In this document: positions 1-9,002 of the stretch, piece by piece
Numbering within the stretch: the first letter of the stretch is position 1
How the letters are laid out: the number at the start of each line of letters is the position of its first letter
Assembly (NCBI GenBank): GCA_021161495.1
Contig: JAGHAO010000079.1
Location: 1-37,464, forward strand
From: Caldisericaceae bacterium
GTDB lineage: Bacteria > Caldisericota > Caldisericia > Caldisericales > Caldisericaceae
Direction of reading: 5' to 3'
Length of the DNA: 37,464 nucleotides
Program-made: the position numbers and the translations under genes
Notes under the pieces: generated by a model
The model's input: the letters and a program-made list of their open reading frames with translations, nothing else
What the model was told of the DNA's origin: nothing
The model's database searches: none

Positions 1-406
1 ACGGATTTAAATCAAACTTGTATTTATTCGAAATCTCAAGAATCTTGGAAGCAACCTCCTGTTTTTTGATAAAGAAACTTTGCTCCTTTAAACCAAGTAT
101 AACATTTTCAAGAACCGTTAATGTATCAACAAGCATAAAATGCTGGTGAATCATACCAATCCCATACCGCATAGAGTCAAAAGGAGATCTGATACGTACC
201 AACTTTCCGTTTATGTATATTTCACCTTCATTAGGATGATAAATTCCGTCCAAAATATTCATTAACGTGGATTTTCCCGCTCCGTTCTCTCCGAGTAAGG
301 TGTGAATCTCTCCCTTTCTAAGGTTAAAATTTATGTGATCATTCGCAAGAACTCCGGGAAACCTCTTGGTTATATTTTTTGTTTGTAAAATGATTTCTTC
401 TCCCAT
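1..406 (-). CDS. ABC transporter ATP-binding protein, N-terminal part only (gene runs off the left edge). Probably the ATPase of the BMP/nucleoside importer.
   Basis: Not in the ORF track. My hand translation of the reverse strand from ATG at 406-404 gives MGEEIILQTKNITKRFPGVLANDHINFNLRKGEIHTLLGENGAGKSTLMNILDGIYHPNEGEIYINGK..GMIHQHFMLV. It has Walker A GENGAGKST and a Q-loop region. SD GGAGGAG lies at 410-416. The gene lies 73 nt downstream of the BMP binding protein. Confidence 0.85.
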   Translation of the reverse strand, partial: MGEEIILQTKNITKRFPGVLANDHINFNLRKGEIHTLLGENGAGKSTLMNILDGIYHPNEGEIYINGKLVRIRSPFDSMRYGIGMIHQHFMLVDTLTVLENVILGLKEQSFFIKKQEVASKILEISNKYKFDLNP

Positions 407-428
407 CTTCTCCTCCGCTTATGAAAAT

Positions 429-457
429 GCCCCGAGCACCATAAGAGCGCTCAGGGC
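429..457 (-). terminator. Intercistronic stem-loop between the binding-protein gene and the ATPase gene (possible leaky terminator or mRNA stabiliser)
   Basis: On the minus strand, GCCCTGAGCGC-TCTTATG-GTGCTCGGGGC forms an 11-bp stem with two G:U pairs and a 7-nt loop, followed by ATTTTCAT. It lies in the 73-nt gap after the stop at 480. Confidence 0.45.
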
Positions 458-479
458 TTTCCTATCCCTTAAATCTTCT

Positions 480-1607
480 CTAAGATCCGCTCTTGGGAAT
501 CGTACCTACAACTCCTTTAACAAACCATTGAAGTTCGAGTTTATCCGCATCGGAAAGTTCCTGCCCTTCGGGGACTTTGAGATTTCCTTCCTGATCGTAA
601 ATCGGACCTGCAAATACTTTAAATTTCCCGTCTTTTATCTCTTGCTTTCTCTTGAGGACATAATCTTTGACGTTTTGAGGAACCATTGGCCCGAACGGAG
701 CAAGATCAACTATACCTTCATCCATTCCTCCCCAATACTGGGTGGGTTTCCATGTTCCATTTTCTACCTCTTTTAGGCACTTAGTATAAAAGACACCCCA
801 ATGCCAAATCCTCGACGTAAGAACCGCTTTAGGGGCAAATTTTGCCATATCCTTATCATAACCTATTCCATAGACACCTTCTTCCTGAGCCTCTTTAAGA
901 GATGCGGGGGAATCCATACCGCTTACGATTATATCGGCACCGTTAGCAATAAACGTTTTTGCCGCATTTGCTTCCTTTGTGGGATCAAACCACGTATTAA
1001 GCCACACAACGTGAACTTCGGCCTTGGGATTAACCTCTCTTACTCCGATAGTAAAGGAGTCAATTTCCCTTACTACTTCCGGAGTGGAGAACGGGGCGAC
1101 AAATCCAATGTAGTTTGTTTTTGTCATCATTCCGGCAACAAGTCCCGAAAGATAGTCGGGCTGATACATTCTGCCGAAATACGTACCCATATTTTCGGTG
1201 GTTTTGTAACCGGAACAGTGTTCGAAGATAACATCGGGATAGTCCTTCGAAACATTAACCATCGGATTCATAAATCCGAAGCTTGTCCCGAATATTACTT
1301 TATAGCCCTGGCTGCAATAATCTCTCAAAACTTTTTCCGCAGGCGCACCTTCAGGCACACTTTCGGAATAAGCTATTTCAACATTCGGGTCATGATCTTT
1401 CAAATACATCAAGCCTTCGTAATGTGCCTGAGACCAGCCACCGTCATTTTTAGGACCTACGAGAATCATTGCGACTTTAACTTTTTCTTTGGGTTTCTGT
1501 GCGTTTCCCCCTTCATTGTTGTTATTCGCTTTCGGCGCACAGCCCACAAACACTGTTGCAACTAAGAAAAGAACTAATAAGACTGCTAAAATTCTGTACT
1601 TTCTCAT
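480..1607 (-). CDS. BMP-family (PnrA/Med/TmpC-like) ABC transporter substrate-binding lipoprotein, probably purine-nucleoside binding
   Basis: 375-aa ORF. The N-terminal signal has a lipobox-like VFVGC. The body is typical of the BMP family (MILVGPKNDGGWSQAHYEG, GTSFGF, YIGFVAPF). SD GGAGGAGG lies 8 nt upstream of ATG 1607. Confidence 0.88.
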   Translation of the reverse strand: MRKYRILAVLLVLFLVATVFVGCAPKANNNNEGGNAQKPKEKVKVAMILVGPKNDGGWSQAHYEGLMYLKDHDPNVEIAYSESVPEGAPAEKVLRDYCSQGYKVIFGTSFGFMNPMVNVSKDYPDVIFEHCSGYKTTENMGTYFGRMYQPDYLSGLVAGMMTKTNYIGFVAPFSTPEVVREIDSFTIGVREVNPKAEVHVVWLNTWFDPTKEANAAKTFIANGADIIVSGMDSPASLKEAQEEGVYGIGYDKDMAKFAPKAVLTSRIWHWGVFYTKCLKEVENGTWKPTQYWGGMDEGIVDLAPFGPMVPQNVKDYVLKRKQEIKDGKFKVFAGPIYDQEGNLKVPEGQELSDADKLELQWFVKGVVGTIPKSGS

Positions 1608-1691
1608 CTTTAATACCTCCTCCTTCGTTTTGGATTTTTTTCTCTTTTCCTTTTCATACTTTTTTGCTTCTTACCACCTCCCCATAAACAA

Positions 1692-1719
1692 ATTATAACG
1701 TTAAAATTTCAAATGTAAA
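1692..1719 (-). promoter_or_regulatory. Putative sigma70-type promoter for the BMP/ABC transporter genes
   Basis: Minus strand reads TTTACA (1719-1714), a 16-nt spacer, then TATAAT (1697-1692), about 85 nt upstream of ATG 1607. This is a pattern match only. Confidence 0.45.
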
Positions 1720-1744
1720 GAGCCCCCCACCGGGGCGGAGGCTC
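1711..1744 (-). terminator. Rho-independent terminator after carbamate kinase
   Basis: Minus strand GAGCCTCC-GCCCCGGTG-GGGGGCTC (8-bp GC-rich stem with one G:U, 1744-1720) is followed by TTTACATTT. It lies 39 nt after the stop at 1783. Confidence 0.55.
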
Positions 1745-1782
1745 CTTGAAACAAATTTCATACAAAAGCAAATAAAGTATGT

Positions 1783-2733
1783 TTACGGATAAATGTGCGT
1801 TCCCGTTTCACCTTTAAGCGCCTTTTCAAGAGATTCAGGATTAGTAATAACCGCTTCCTTTCCCCCTGCTTCAAGGAAACGAATTACCGCTTGAATCTTA
1901 GGGAGCATACTACCTTTTGCAAAATGCCCTTCTTCAATGTATTTCTTTGCTTCTGCGACAGTTATTTTATCGAGCGCTTTCTGATTGGGTTTGTTAAAAT
2001 TAAGGTAAACCTTTTCAACGGCAGTGGAAATGATAAATATATCCGCTTTGATATTTATGGCAAGAAGGCTCGAAGCGTTATCCTTGTCGATAACGGCATC
2101 AATTCCTTCCAATTCTCCTTTTTCATTTCTGATAACAGGGATTCCTCCGCCGCCTACCCCGACGACGCTGAATCCGCTTTTAACGAGCAGTTCAATTGCT
2201 TCTTGTTCAACTATTTCTTTGGGCATAGGAGAAGGGACAACTCTTCTGTAACCTCTCCCGGCATCATTAATTATCACCCAATCCGGATGTTCCTTTTGGA
2301 GTTTTTCCGCCTCTTCTTTCGTATAAAAAGTTCCGATTGGTTTAGACGGGTTTTTGAATGCCGGATCATTTTTATCCACAACCACTTGAGTTACAACAGT
2401 AGCGGCTTTCTTTTTAATGTTCCTTCTCAGAAATTCGTTGTCCAATGCTTGCTGAATCTGATACCCGATTGAACCTTGTGTGTCCGCTCCGCAGTTTACC
2501 AAAGGAACAGGATGGATTCCCTCAACTTTCTGCGCAATTTCCGAACGCCTTAAAATAAAACCGACTTGCGGGCCGTTGCCGTGTGTTACAACCACGTCAA
2601 AACCCTGCTCCACCATACCTACAATATGTTTCGCAGTCTCACAAACGGCCTTGTATTGATCTTCAACCGTTTCATGTTGTTTGTCTTTAATCAGAGAATT
2701 ACCTCCGATTGCAAGTACAGCTAATTTTCCCAC
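1783..2733 (-). CDS. arcC: Carbamate kinase
   Basis: 316 aa with a GTG start and SD GGAGGTGA. It has the hallmark N-terminus LAIGGNSL...VVVTHGNGPQVG and the GVGGGGIPV motif. Confidence 0.9.
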   Translation of the reverse strand: MGKLAVLAIGGNSLIKDKQHETVEDQYKAVCETAKHIVGMVEQGFDVVVTHGNGPQVGFILRRSEIAQKVEGIHPVPLVNCGADTQGSIGYQIQQALDNEFLRRNIKKKAATVVTQVVVDKNDPAFKNPSKPIGTFYTKEEAEKLQKEHPDWVIINDAGRGYRRVVPSPMPKEIVEQEAIELLVKSGFSVVGVGGGGIPVIRNEKGELEGIDAVIDKDNASSLLAINIKADIFIISTAVEKVYLNFNKPNQKALDKITVAEAKKYIEEGHFAKGSMLPKIQAVIRFLEAGGKEAVITNPESLEKALKGETGTHIYP

Positions 2734-2795
2734 AACTCACCTCCGTATTTTTTAGTCCATTTTAGCATCTTCAATTTATTAATGCAAGTTTATAT

Positions 2796-3785
2796 CTAAC
2801 GAATCGTTAAGGCAAGCACTGCCTTTACCGTATGAAGCCTATTTTCCGCTTCATCGTAAATCACGGATTGAGGGCCGTCTATTACTTCGTTTGTTACTTC
2901 CGCACCTCTGTCAGCAGGCAAACAATGCATATAAATCGCATTCTTCTTTGCAAGTTTCATCCTGCGTTCATCGGCAATCCAGTCCTTGTATTTATCCGCA
3001 ATTTTTTTCATTTCATCGAAGTTGTTCTCCGCATAGTAATACGCACCCCAGGATTTAGGATAAACAATATCTGCATCCTTGAATGCCTCGTCCATATCAT
3101 TGACTACTTCGAATTTTACACCCGCTTCCTTTGCATTCCTCTCGGCAATTTCCATTGCTTTCGGGCTCAAAACAAACTCTTTAGGCATTGCAAGCGTGAC
3201 ATTTAATCCGAAGCGAGGCATCATCATAATAAGCCCTTGAGGAACAGCAGGCGGTTTTGCATGAGATTTTGCGTATGCCCAGGAAATCACGAATTTCCTG
3301 CCCTTAATATCGTTGTTGAATTTCTCTTTTATCGTCATTATATCGGCGAGCATCTGCATAGGGTGATCCCAATCGGATTCAAGGTTAATCACAGGAACAT
3401 CCGCCCATTTTGCAACGTCTTCCATATATTTTTGCCCTACACCGAGATATATGTCGTCCCTTATTGCAATGCCGTCCCCGTATCTTGAGAAGATTATACC
3501 AATTTCTTTTGCCGTATCTCCGTGCGACATCTGAGTTGCTTCTGCAGGAAGATAAGTTGCATGCCCTCCGAGTTGAATCATTGCGGTTTCGGTTGAATTT
3601 CTCGTTCTTGTGGATTTATCTTTAAAGATCATAAATAATTCTCTTCCGCGCAAGATATGGTCGTGCGGAACTCTAAGCGCTCTTTCCTGCTTAAATTTGA
3701 AAGAAAGGTCAAGCACTTGCTCTAACTCTTCCAATGTCCAGTCGTTTGTCGAAAGAAAATCTCTGCCCTTCAATTTTGTATTCAT
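2796..3785 (-). CDS. ygeW: Carbamoyltransferase of the YgeW-like (non-OTC/ATC) type, second substrate unknown
   Basis: 329 aa. Carbamoyl-phosphate motifs are present: STRTR, HPMQMLAD and HCLPADRG. The ornithine-loop position reads YPKSWG rather than the OTCase SMG. It is adjacent to ygeY and carbamate kinase, as in ygeW loci. Confidence 0.7.
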   Translation of the reverse strand: MNTKLKGRDFLSTNDWTLEELEQVLDLSFKFKQERALRVPHDHILRGRELFMIFKDKSTRTRNSTETAMIQLGGHATYLPAEATQMSHGDTAKEIGIIFSRYGDGIAIRDDIYLGVGQKYMEDVAKWADVPVINLESDWDHPMQMLADIMTIKEKFNNDIKGRKFVISWAYAKSHAKPPAVPQGLIMMMPRFGLNVTLAMPKEFVLSPKAMEIAERNAKEAGVKFEVVNDMDEAFKDADIVYPKSWGAYYYAENNFDEMKKIADKYKDWIADERRMKLAKKNAIYMHCLPADRGAEVTNEVIDGPQSVIYDEAENRLHTVKAVLALTIR

Positions 3786-3800
3786 AATTTCCTCCTAATT

Positions 3801-5009
3801 TTATTTTTCGATTTTTTCTTTAAGATAGTAAGGGAATGTCGCGTAGAAGACTGCCGCCTTTGTAAGATCGGAAACCCTTACATATTCATCAACTGCATGC
3901 GCAAGCCATTCGTCGCCGGGGCCGAAACCAATTGAAGGGATATGGAATCTTCCCATAGTGGTGACACCATTGGTGGAGAAAATCCAACGCGAAACTTTTA
4001 CGTCCTCTCCGGGCCTTGCAACCTTTGCCGCTTCAAAACCGGCTTTTACAAGCGGATGGTCTTCCTCTAACACCCAGGTTGGGAAATACTTTTCCTGAGA
4101 AATTTTTCTCCCTTTCCAGGATACGCCTTCAAACGTAAGAACTTTGATGTCCGTCTTGTCCGGATCAACAAATGCTGTTTTGAACTCCGCGATTGCGCTT
4201 TCTTTTGTCTCTCCGATCGTAAGCCTTCTGTCAATGTAAATTGTGCTTTCATAAGGAACGGAATTGATTGAAGGCGATTTGGATTCGATAATGGAAACCA
4301 CTGCGGTTCCTTTTCCCAAGAACGGGTCTTCTTTGAATGTCTCGGTGAGTTTTTCTATGTTTACAACAGTTTTTGCCATTCTGTAAATTGCATTATCTCC
4401 CCTGTTCGGATGTGCGGCATGTGCGGATTTTCCTTTGGTTGTAATCGAAACTTCGACTCTTCCCCTGTGCCCCCTGTAAACATCAAGGCTTGTAGGTTCG
4501 CAAAGAACAACAAAATCAGGCTTTACAACTTCGTTTATCAAATATCCGATTGTTAAGCCGTCGCACACCTCTTCCTGAACGGTTCCGGAAATATAAAGGG
4601 AAATATCTTCGGGAATCCCGACTTCTTTAAGGATTTTCGCACCGTAAATCATAGAGGCCATTGCCGCTTTTTCGTCGGTGCTTCCCCTTCCGTAAAGTTT
4701 TCCGTCAACAATTTCTCCGCCAAAGGGATCGTAATGCCAATTTTCCCTGTCTTCCGCCTCAACCGTATCAATATGTGCATCGTAAAGAACCTTTGTTTTT
4801 CCGTTTCCCACTCTCCCGATTATATTTCCCGTATTATCGATGATTACTTCGTCAAAACCCAATTCTTCCATTTTACTTTTAAGGAGTTTCACTAAATTCT
4901 CTTCCTGGCCGGAGTAAGATTTTGTCCTGACAATTTCCTGAGCAAATTTTATAATGTCGTCTTCATACTTCTTAACAAGATCTTTAATTTTTTGTTCCCT
5001 GTCATTCAT
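3801..5009 (-). CDS. ygeY: YgeY-family M20 metallopeptidase/deacylase
   Basis: 402 aa. DAHIDTV, GRGSTDEK, GTVQEEVCDG, YRGHRGR, RGDNAIY, YFPTW..EEDH and FSTNGV..GFGPG all match my recollection of E. coli YgeY along the full length. Confidence 0.85.
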   Translation of the reverse strand: MNDREQKIKDLVKKYEDDIIKFAQEIVRTKSYSGQEENLVKLLKSKMEELGFDEVIIDNTGNIIGRVGNGKTKVLYDAHIDTVEAEDRENWHYDPFGGEIVDGKLYGRGSTDEKAAMASMIYGAKILKEVGIPEDISLYISGTVQEEVCDGLTIGYLINEVVKPDFVVLCEPTSLDVYRGHRGRVEVSITTKGKSAHAAHPNRGDNAIYRMAKTVVNIEKLTETFKEDPFLGKGTAVVSIIESKSPSINSVPYESTIYIDRRLTIGETKESAIAEFKTAFVDPDKTDIKVLTFEGVSWKGRKISQEKYFPTWVLEEDHPLVKAGFEAAKVARPGEDVKVSRWIFSTNGVTTMGRFHIPSIGFGPGDEWLAHAVDEYVRVSDLTKAAVFYATFPYYLKEKIEK

Positions 5010-5077
5010 ACCAACCTCCCGTTAAAATTTGAAATTTAGTTCTCATTATAATCAAGTTTTTTTGTTTTGAAACAGAC

Positions 5078-5893
5078 TTATAAATCAAATTTAAAAACAT
5101 CACCCACACCGGTAAAAATAGCTTTTTCCCCGAAAGCCTCCCTTATGCGAACACCGGCGTTGAAACCCGTGCAATGTGAAATTGTAACGAATTCAGGCTT
5201 CGAATCATAAAGCGTTTCCACGGTTTTTTCTATGCGTCTTTCAGAGGCGTTTTTAAGGTGCATTCCTCCCAGTATCCCATAGAGTCTTCGTTCACCGGTT
5301 ATTTTCATCCCGTAGTTAACAATATTTATAATGCCTGAATGAGCACACCCTGTAAGCACAAGCAATCCTTTTTTTGTTTTTACATACAGAGAAGCATCGT
5401 CTGCAAACGGATCCTTTTTAAGCACGCCGTCTTCTTCCCTGAAATACTGAGTTTCCCCAAGCTCCCACCGGTTTTCTTTGGGAATTTCTCCGGAAAAAAC
5501 AATGTATTTATCAACGTTCAACGGCTCTTTTGAGAAAGTTTTCTTATCAAAATCGGAGAGATCGATTTTCAAACCGATATTTCTCTTTCCCATTTCCGAA
5601 ACCTTGAACTTCGGAAATCTGATATCGGGATGAGCGATAATCTCCGGAAAAATGCCCTCTTCGTTAAAAAAACGGAGTCCGCCCGTATGGTCGTCATGGC
5701 CATGGCTTAAAATAACTTTATTTATACTTGATAAATTTGTTCCTATGAGTTCCAAATTATGCTTTAACGCATAACCTTGACCGGTGTCGAATAGTATTTT
5801 TTCTTCCTCGGTTTCAATCAAAACGGAAAATCCGTGTTCCGCAAGGAAGTCTCTTTTAGAGACGTAATTATCAACAATAACGGTGATTTTCAC
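5078..5893 (-). CDS. MBL-fold metallo-hydrolase (COG1237-like, MKITVxVDN / AEHGFS / SHGHDDHTGG type)
   Basis: 271 aa with a metallo-beta-lactamase HxHxDH motif (SHGHDDHTGGL). The GTG start at 5893 overlaps the upstream stop as GTGA. SD AAGGAG lies 6 nt upstream. Confidence 0.75.
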   Translation of the reverse strand: MKITVIVDNYVSKRDFLAEHGFSVLIETEEEKILFDTGQGYALKHNLELIGTNLSSINKVILSHGHDDHTGGLRFFNEEGIFPEIIAHPDIRFPKFKVSEMGKRNIGLKIDLSDFDKKTFSKEPLNVDKYIVFSGEIPKENRWELGETQYFREEDGVLKKDPFADDASLYVKTKKGLLVLTGCAHSGIINIVNYGMKITGERRLYGILGGMHLKNASERRIEKTVETLYDSKPEFVTISHCTGFNAGVRIREAFGEKAIFTGVGDVFKFDL

Positions 5894-7266
5894 AATTTAC
5901 TCCTTACAATTTTTCCGTATCCTTTTTCACCGGTAATTCCTTTTTCTTCGTCGAATACAACTTCTCCCCTGACGATCGTTTTTATCACCTTGCCTTTCAA
6001 TTTCTTCCCGTTAAGGGGAGAATATTTCCCTTTGCTCTCAAGTTTACTCGCATCAACGGTCCATTCCTTATTTATATCAACAACAGTAAAATCCGCATCG
6101 GTCCCTATGAAAAGAGAGCCTTTATCGGGATAAAGCCCGTATCTCTTTGCCGCATTTTCAGAAAGCAGTTTTTGAATTTGCTCCAATGTCAACCTTCCCG
6201 TATGATATCCGAACGTTAATATTTCGGATGCGAGAAGTTGAGTTCCGGGGATTCCGGCATAGCTATCCCATATGCTATCCTTGGATTTTTCCTCGGGGAA
6301 AACACCCGCCGCATGATCCGTTGCAATGAAATCTATCCATCCGTTTTGCACGCCTTCCCAAAGGGCGAGTCTGTCTTCTTCTCTTCTTACCGGGGGTGCG
6401 GTTTTTAAAATAGGACCGATTTTTTTCAAATCGTCCACCGTGAATAACAGGTATTGAGGGCAAGTTTCCGTTGTGATATCAATTCCGTGCTCTTTGCCCC
6501 ATCTCACCGCATTAAGCCCCTCCTTTGACGAAAGATGAACTATGTGAAGTTTGTTCCCCACTTTATCCGCAATTCCCAAAACAGACCAGATCGCTTTTGC
6601 CTCGGCTTCGTAAACCCTCCCTTCAAACCAACTTTCCGGATCCTTTCTTCCGGAATCCTTCAAAAGATTCGAATAAAAATCGACAAGATAAAAATCTTCC
6701 GCATGAACTCCGCACACAAGGTTAAGTTCCTTCAAAAATTCAAACGCCTTGTGCATTTGGGGAACAGGCATCCGGGGGTAAAGTTCCATTCCCGAAATCG
6801 TATAGAATTTAACTCCCACTATTCCTCTTTCTTTCAATTCCTTTAATGTTGTCTTATACTCTCCGCTATCCACCTGAGAAGGAGTAACTCCGCCCCAGAA
6901 TGCAAAATCCACATATGCCTTTTTCTCCACAACGGAGAGTTTATAGCCAAAATTCTCTCCGTTTATAACAGGCGGTATGGAGGTGCAAGGCATATCAATG
7001 ATCGTTGTTATTCCGCCCACTGCGGCACTTCTTGTTCCGGTTTCAAAATCTTCCCTTTGAGTAAATCCCGGATCGTCGAAATGAACGTGCGGATCGATAA
7101 ACCCCGAAAAAATTATTCCGCATTTCGCATCGATTTCCTCGTCCGTTTCAAAGGATGAATCGTCGCCGGGCATTACGTATTTTATTTTTCCGTTTTCAAC
7201 GTAAATTGTTACTTTTTCAAGTTCATTGCCATTTTTTACGATGAAACCGTTTTTGATTTTTTTCAT
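5890..7266 (-). CDS. Cyclic amidohydrolase, allantoinase/dihydroorotase/hydantoinase family
   Basis: 458 aa. Motifs present: GFIDPHVHFDDPG..EDFETGTRSAAVGGITTIIDMP, VGVKFY (candidate carboxylated Lys), GVHAED, ETCPQYLLF and IATDHA. It looks closer to the allantoinase/DHOase pattern than to dihydropyrimidinase. Confidence 0.8.
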   Translation of the reverse strand: MKKIKNGFIVKNGNELEKVTIYVENGKIKYVMPGDDSSFETDEEIDAKCGIIFSGFIDPHVHFDDPGFTQREDFETGTRSAAVGGITTIIDMPCTSIPPVINGENFGYKLSVVEKKAYVDFAFWGGVTPSQVDSGEYKTTLKELKERGIVGVKFYTISGMELYPRMPVPQMHKAFEFLKELNLVCGVHAEDFYLVDFYSNLLKDSGRKDPESWFEGRVYEAEAKAIWSVLGIADKVGNKLHIVHLSSKEGLNAVRWGKEHGIDITTETCPQYLLFTVDDLKKIGPILKTAPPVRREEDRLALWEGVQNGWIDFIATDHAAGVFPEEKSKDSIWDSYAGIPGTQLLASEILTFGYHTGRLTLEQIQKLLSENAAKRYGLYPDKGSLFIGTDADFTVVDINKEWTVDASKLESKGKYSPLNGKKLKGKVIKTIVRGEVVFDEEKGITGEKGYGKIVRSKL

Positions 7267-7268
7267 TT

Positions 7269-9002
7269 TTATTCCTCCTTAAACAGAGAAACAAAGTCGA
7301 ATTTATCCACATCGACAAGTCCTTTGTCGGTGAGTTTCAATTTCGGAATCACAGGAAGAGACATAAAAGCAAGTGTCATAAACGGATCGGATACGGAAAG
7401 CCCGTTCTCCTCTTTTGCAATTTTATGAAGACTCAAAAGTGTTTCTGCAGTCTCGGTAATCGGTTTATTTGTCATAAGCCCACCGTAAGGAAGAGGAAGA
7501 GAACCTAAAATCTTTCCTTCTTTCGCGATTGCAACCCCACCCCCCATCGCCTCTATCTGAGCGACCGCAAGCAGCATATCCCTGTCATTTTCACCTGCGA
7601 CAATAATATTATGGGAGTCGTGCGCCACAGAAGTTGCGAACGCGCCTTTTTTCAACCCGAGCCCGTGAATAAAACCGAGCCCCACGTTTCCGGTCGCCTT
7701 ATGACGCTCTATAACGGCAATTTTAATAATATCCCTTTCCGTATCGGAAACAACTTTTCCATCTTTCACTTTCGGCTCGAATATCATTTCATCCGTGAGA
7801 ATCGTATCCGGATGAATCCCTATGACGCGAATCTTTTTGCCTTCATCCTTTATTTCCAACTTTTCAAATGTAACAGGTTTTATATTTATCGTATTTTTAA
7901 CGGCGTCATCGTGAAGTTCACGCTTAAACTCAAAGAGCGCTTTGCCGTTCTCTGCAACGAGTTTGCCATTCTTAAACACTTTTTCTATTTTTAAGATGTC
8001 CTTGAATATAACAATATCCGCATCATATCCTGGTGCGATTCCACCTTTTCTCCTAAATCCGAAGAAATTTGCCGAATTTAACGTGGCGAGCCTTACCGCA
8101 AGCGGAAGAGGTATGCCGTTTTTAATAAGCAGGTGGATTGCAAAATTTACGTGCCCTTCATAGACTAAATCTTCGGGGTGTTTGTCATCCGTGCAAAGCA
8201 TAATTCTGTGTTTGGTACGCTCGTTTATTATGGGAAGAAGCCTCAATACATCCCTTGTAAGGGAACCTTCCCTCATCATAATCCACATACCTTTGGAAAG
8301 TTTTTCCTCCGCTTCCTTCGGAACGGTGCATTCATGATCAGCCATAACACCTGCAGACAAGTATGCATTCAAGTTATGTCCGGAAAGCCCCGGCGCATGT
8401 CCGTCAATTATCCTGTCCCTGAATTTTGCCACCTTGTCAATCACTTCGGGAACTTTTGCAAGAAGCCCGGGATAATTCATAAGTTCGGCAAGCCCTAAAA
8501 CGCGCGGATGGTTTTTAAATATGGCAAGGTCTTCCGCATACAGGTGGGCACCGGAAGTTTCGAGAGGCGTTGAAGGCACACAACTCGAAAGCATAAAATA
8601 AATGTCAATCGGCAAACCCTCCGATGAATTTATCATAAACTGAATCCCGGGAATGCCTGCAACATTTGCAATTTCATGCGGGTCAACCACGGCAGTTGTC
8701 GTCCCGAGAGGAAGAACTGCCTGAGCAAACACGGGGGGAATAGACATTGTGCTTTCTATGTGCATATGCGCATCCGTAAAACCCGGGGCAACATACGAGC
8801 CTTGTACGTCTATGACTTTTTCCGCATTATCGTATTTCCCGATTCCCACAACAATGCCCTTGTGGATCAAAACATCCGCATCTTCCACTGACTCGTTAAA
8901 AACATTTATAACTTTCCCATTCTTAATGAGAAGGTCGGCTTTTTTGCTTCCTCTTGCAACATCAATTATTTCTTCCAAATCTTTTCTCGTAAAATCAGTC
9001 AT
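7269..9002 (-). CDS. ade: Adenine deaminase
   Basis: Amidohydrolase with PGFTDAHMHIESTM, a length of about 577 aa and the C-terminal domain typical of Ade. I prefer ATG 9002 (MTDFTRKDLEE, SD GGGAGAAG upstream, ATGACTGA overlap with the ssnA stop) to the track start at 9032. Confidence 0.82.
   Translation of the reverse strand: MTDFTRKDLEEIIDVARGSKKADLLIKNGKVINVFNESVEDADVLIHKGIVVGIGKYDNAEKVIDVQGSYVAPGFTDAHMHIESTMSIPPVFAQAVLPLGTTTAVVDPHEIANVAGIPGIQFMINSSEGLPIDIYFMLSSCVPSTPLETSGAHLYAEDLAIFKNHPRVLGLAELMNYPGLLAKVPEVIDKVAKFRDRIIDGHAPGLSGHNLNAYLSAGVMADHECTVPKEAEEKLSKGMWIMMREGSLTRDVLRLLPIINERTKHRIMLCTDDKHPEDLVYEGHVNFAIHLLIKNGIPLPLAVRLATLNSANFFGFRRKGGIAPGYDADIVIFKDILKIEKVFKNGKLVAENGKALFEFKRELHDDAVKNTINIKPVTFEKLEIKDEGKKIRVIGIHPDTILTDEMIFEPKVKDGKVVSDTERDIIKIAVIERHKATGNVGLGFIHGLGLKKGAFATSVAHDSHNIIVAGENDRDMLLAVAQIEAMGGGVAIAKEGKILGSLPLPYGGLMTNKPITETAETLLSLHKIAKEENGLSVSDPFMTLAFMSLPVIPKLKLTDKGLVDVDKFDFVSLFKEE

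Noticed and set aside
801-1565. 254-aa ORF antisense to the BMP lipoprotein gene. Also 366-776, which spans the intergenic hairpin.
   Set aside because: It is in the same codon-aligned antisense frame. The products are low-complexity, and the sense genes have strong family motifs and SDs.
1608-1715. Purine riboswitch in the 5' leader of the BMP transporter gene
   Set aside because: The roughly 85-nt leader is purine-rich. It lacks the conserved three-way-junction core (paired P2/P3 loops, U/C-specificity position) of guanine/adenine riboswitches as I know them.
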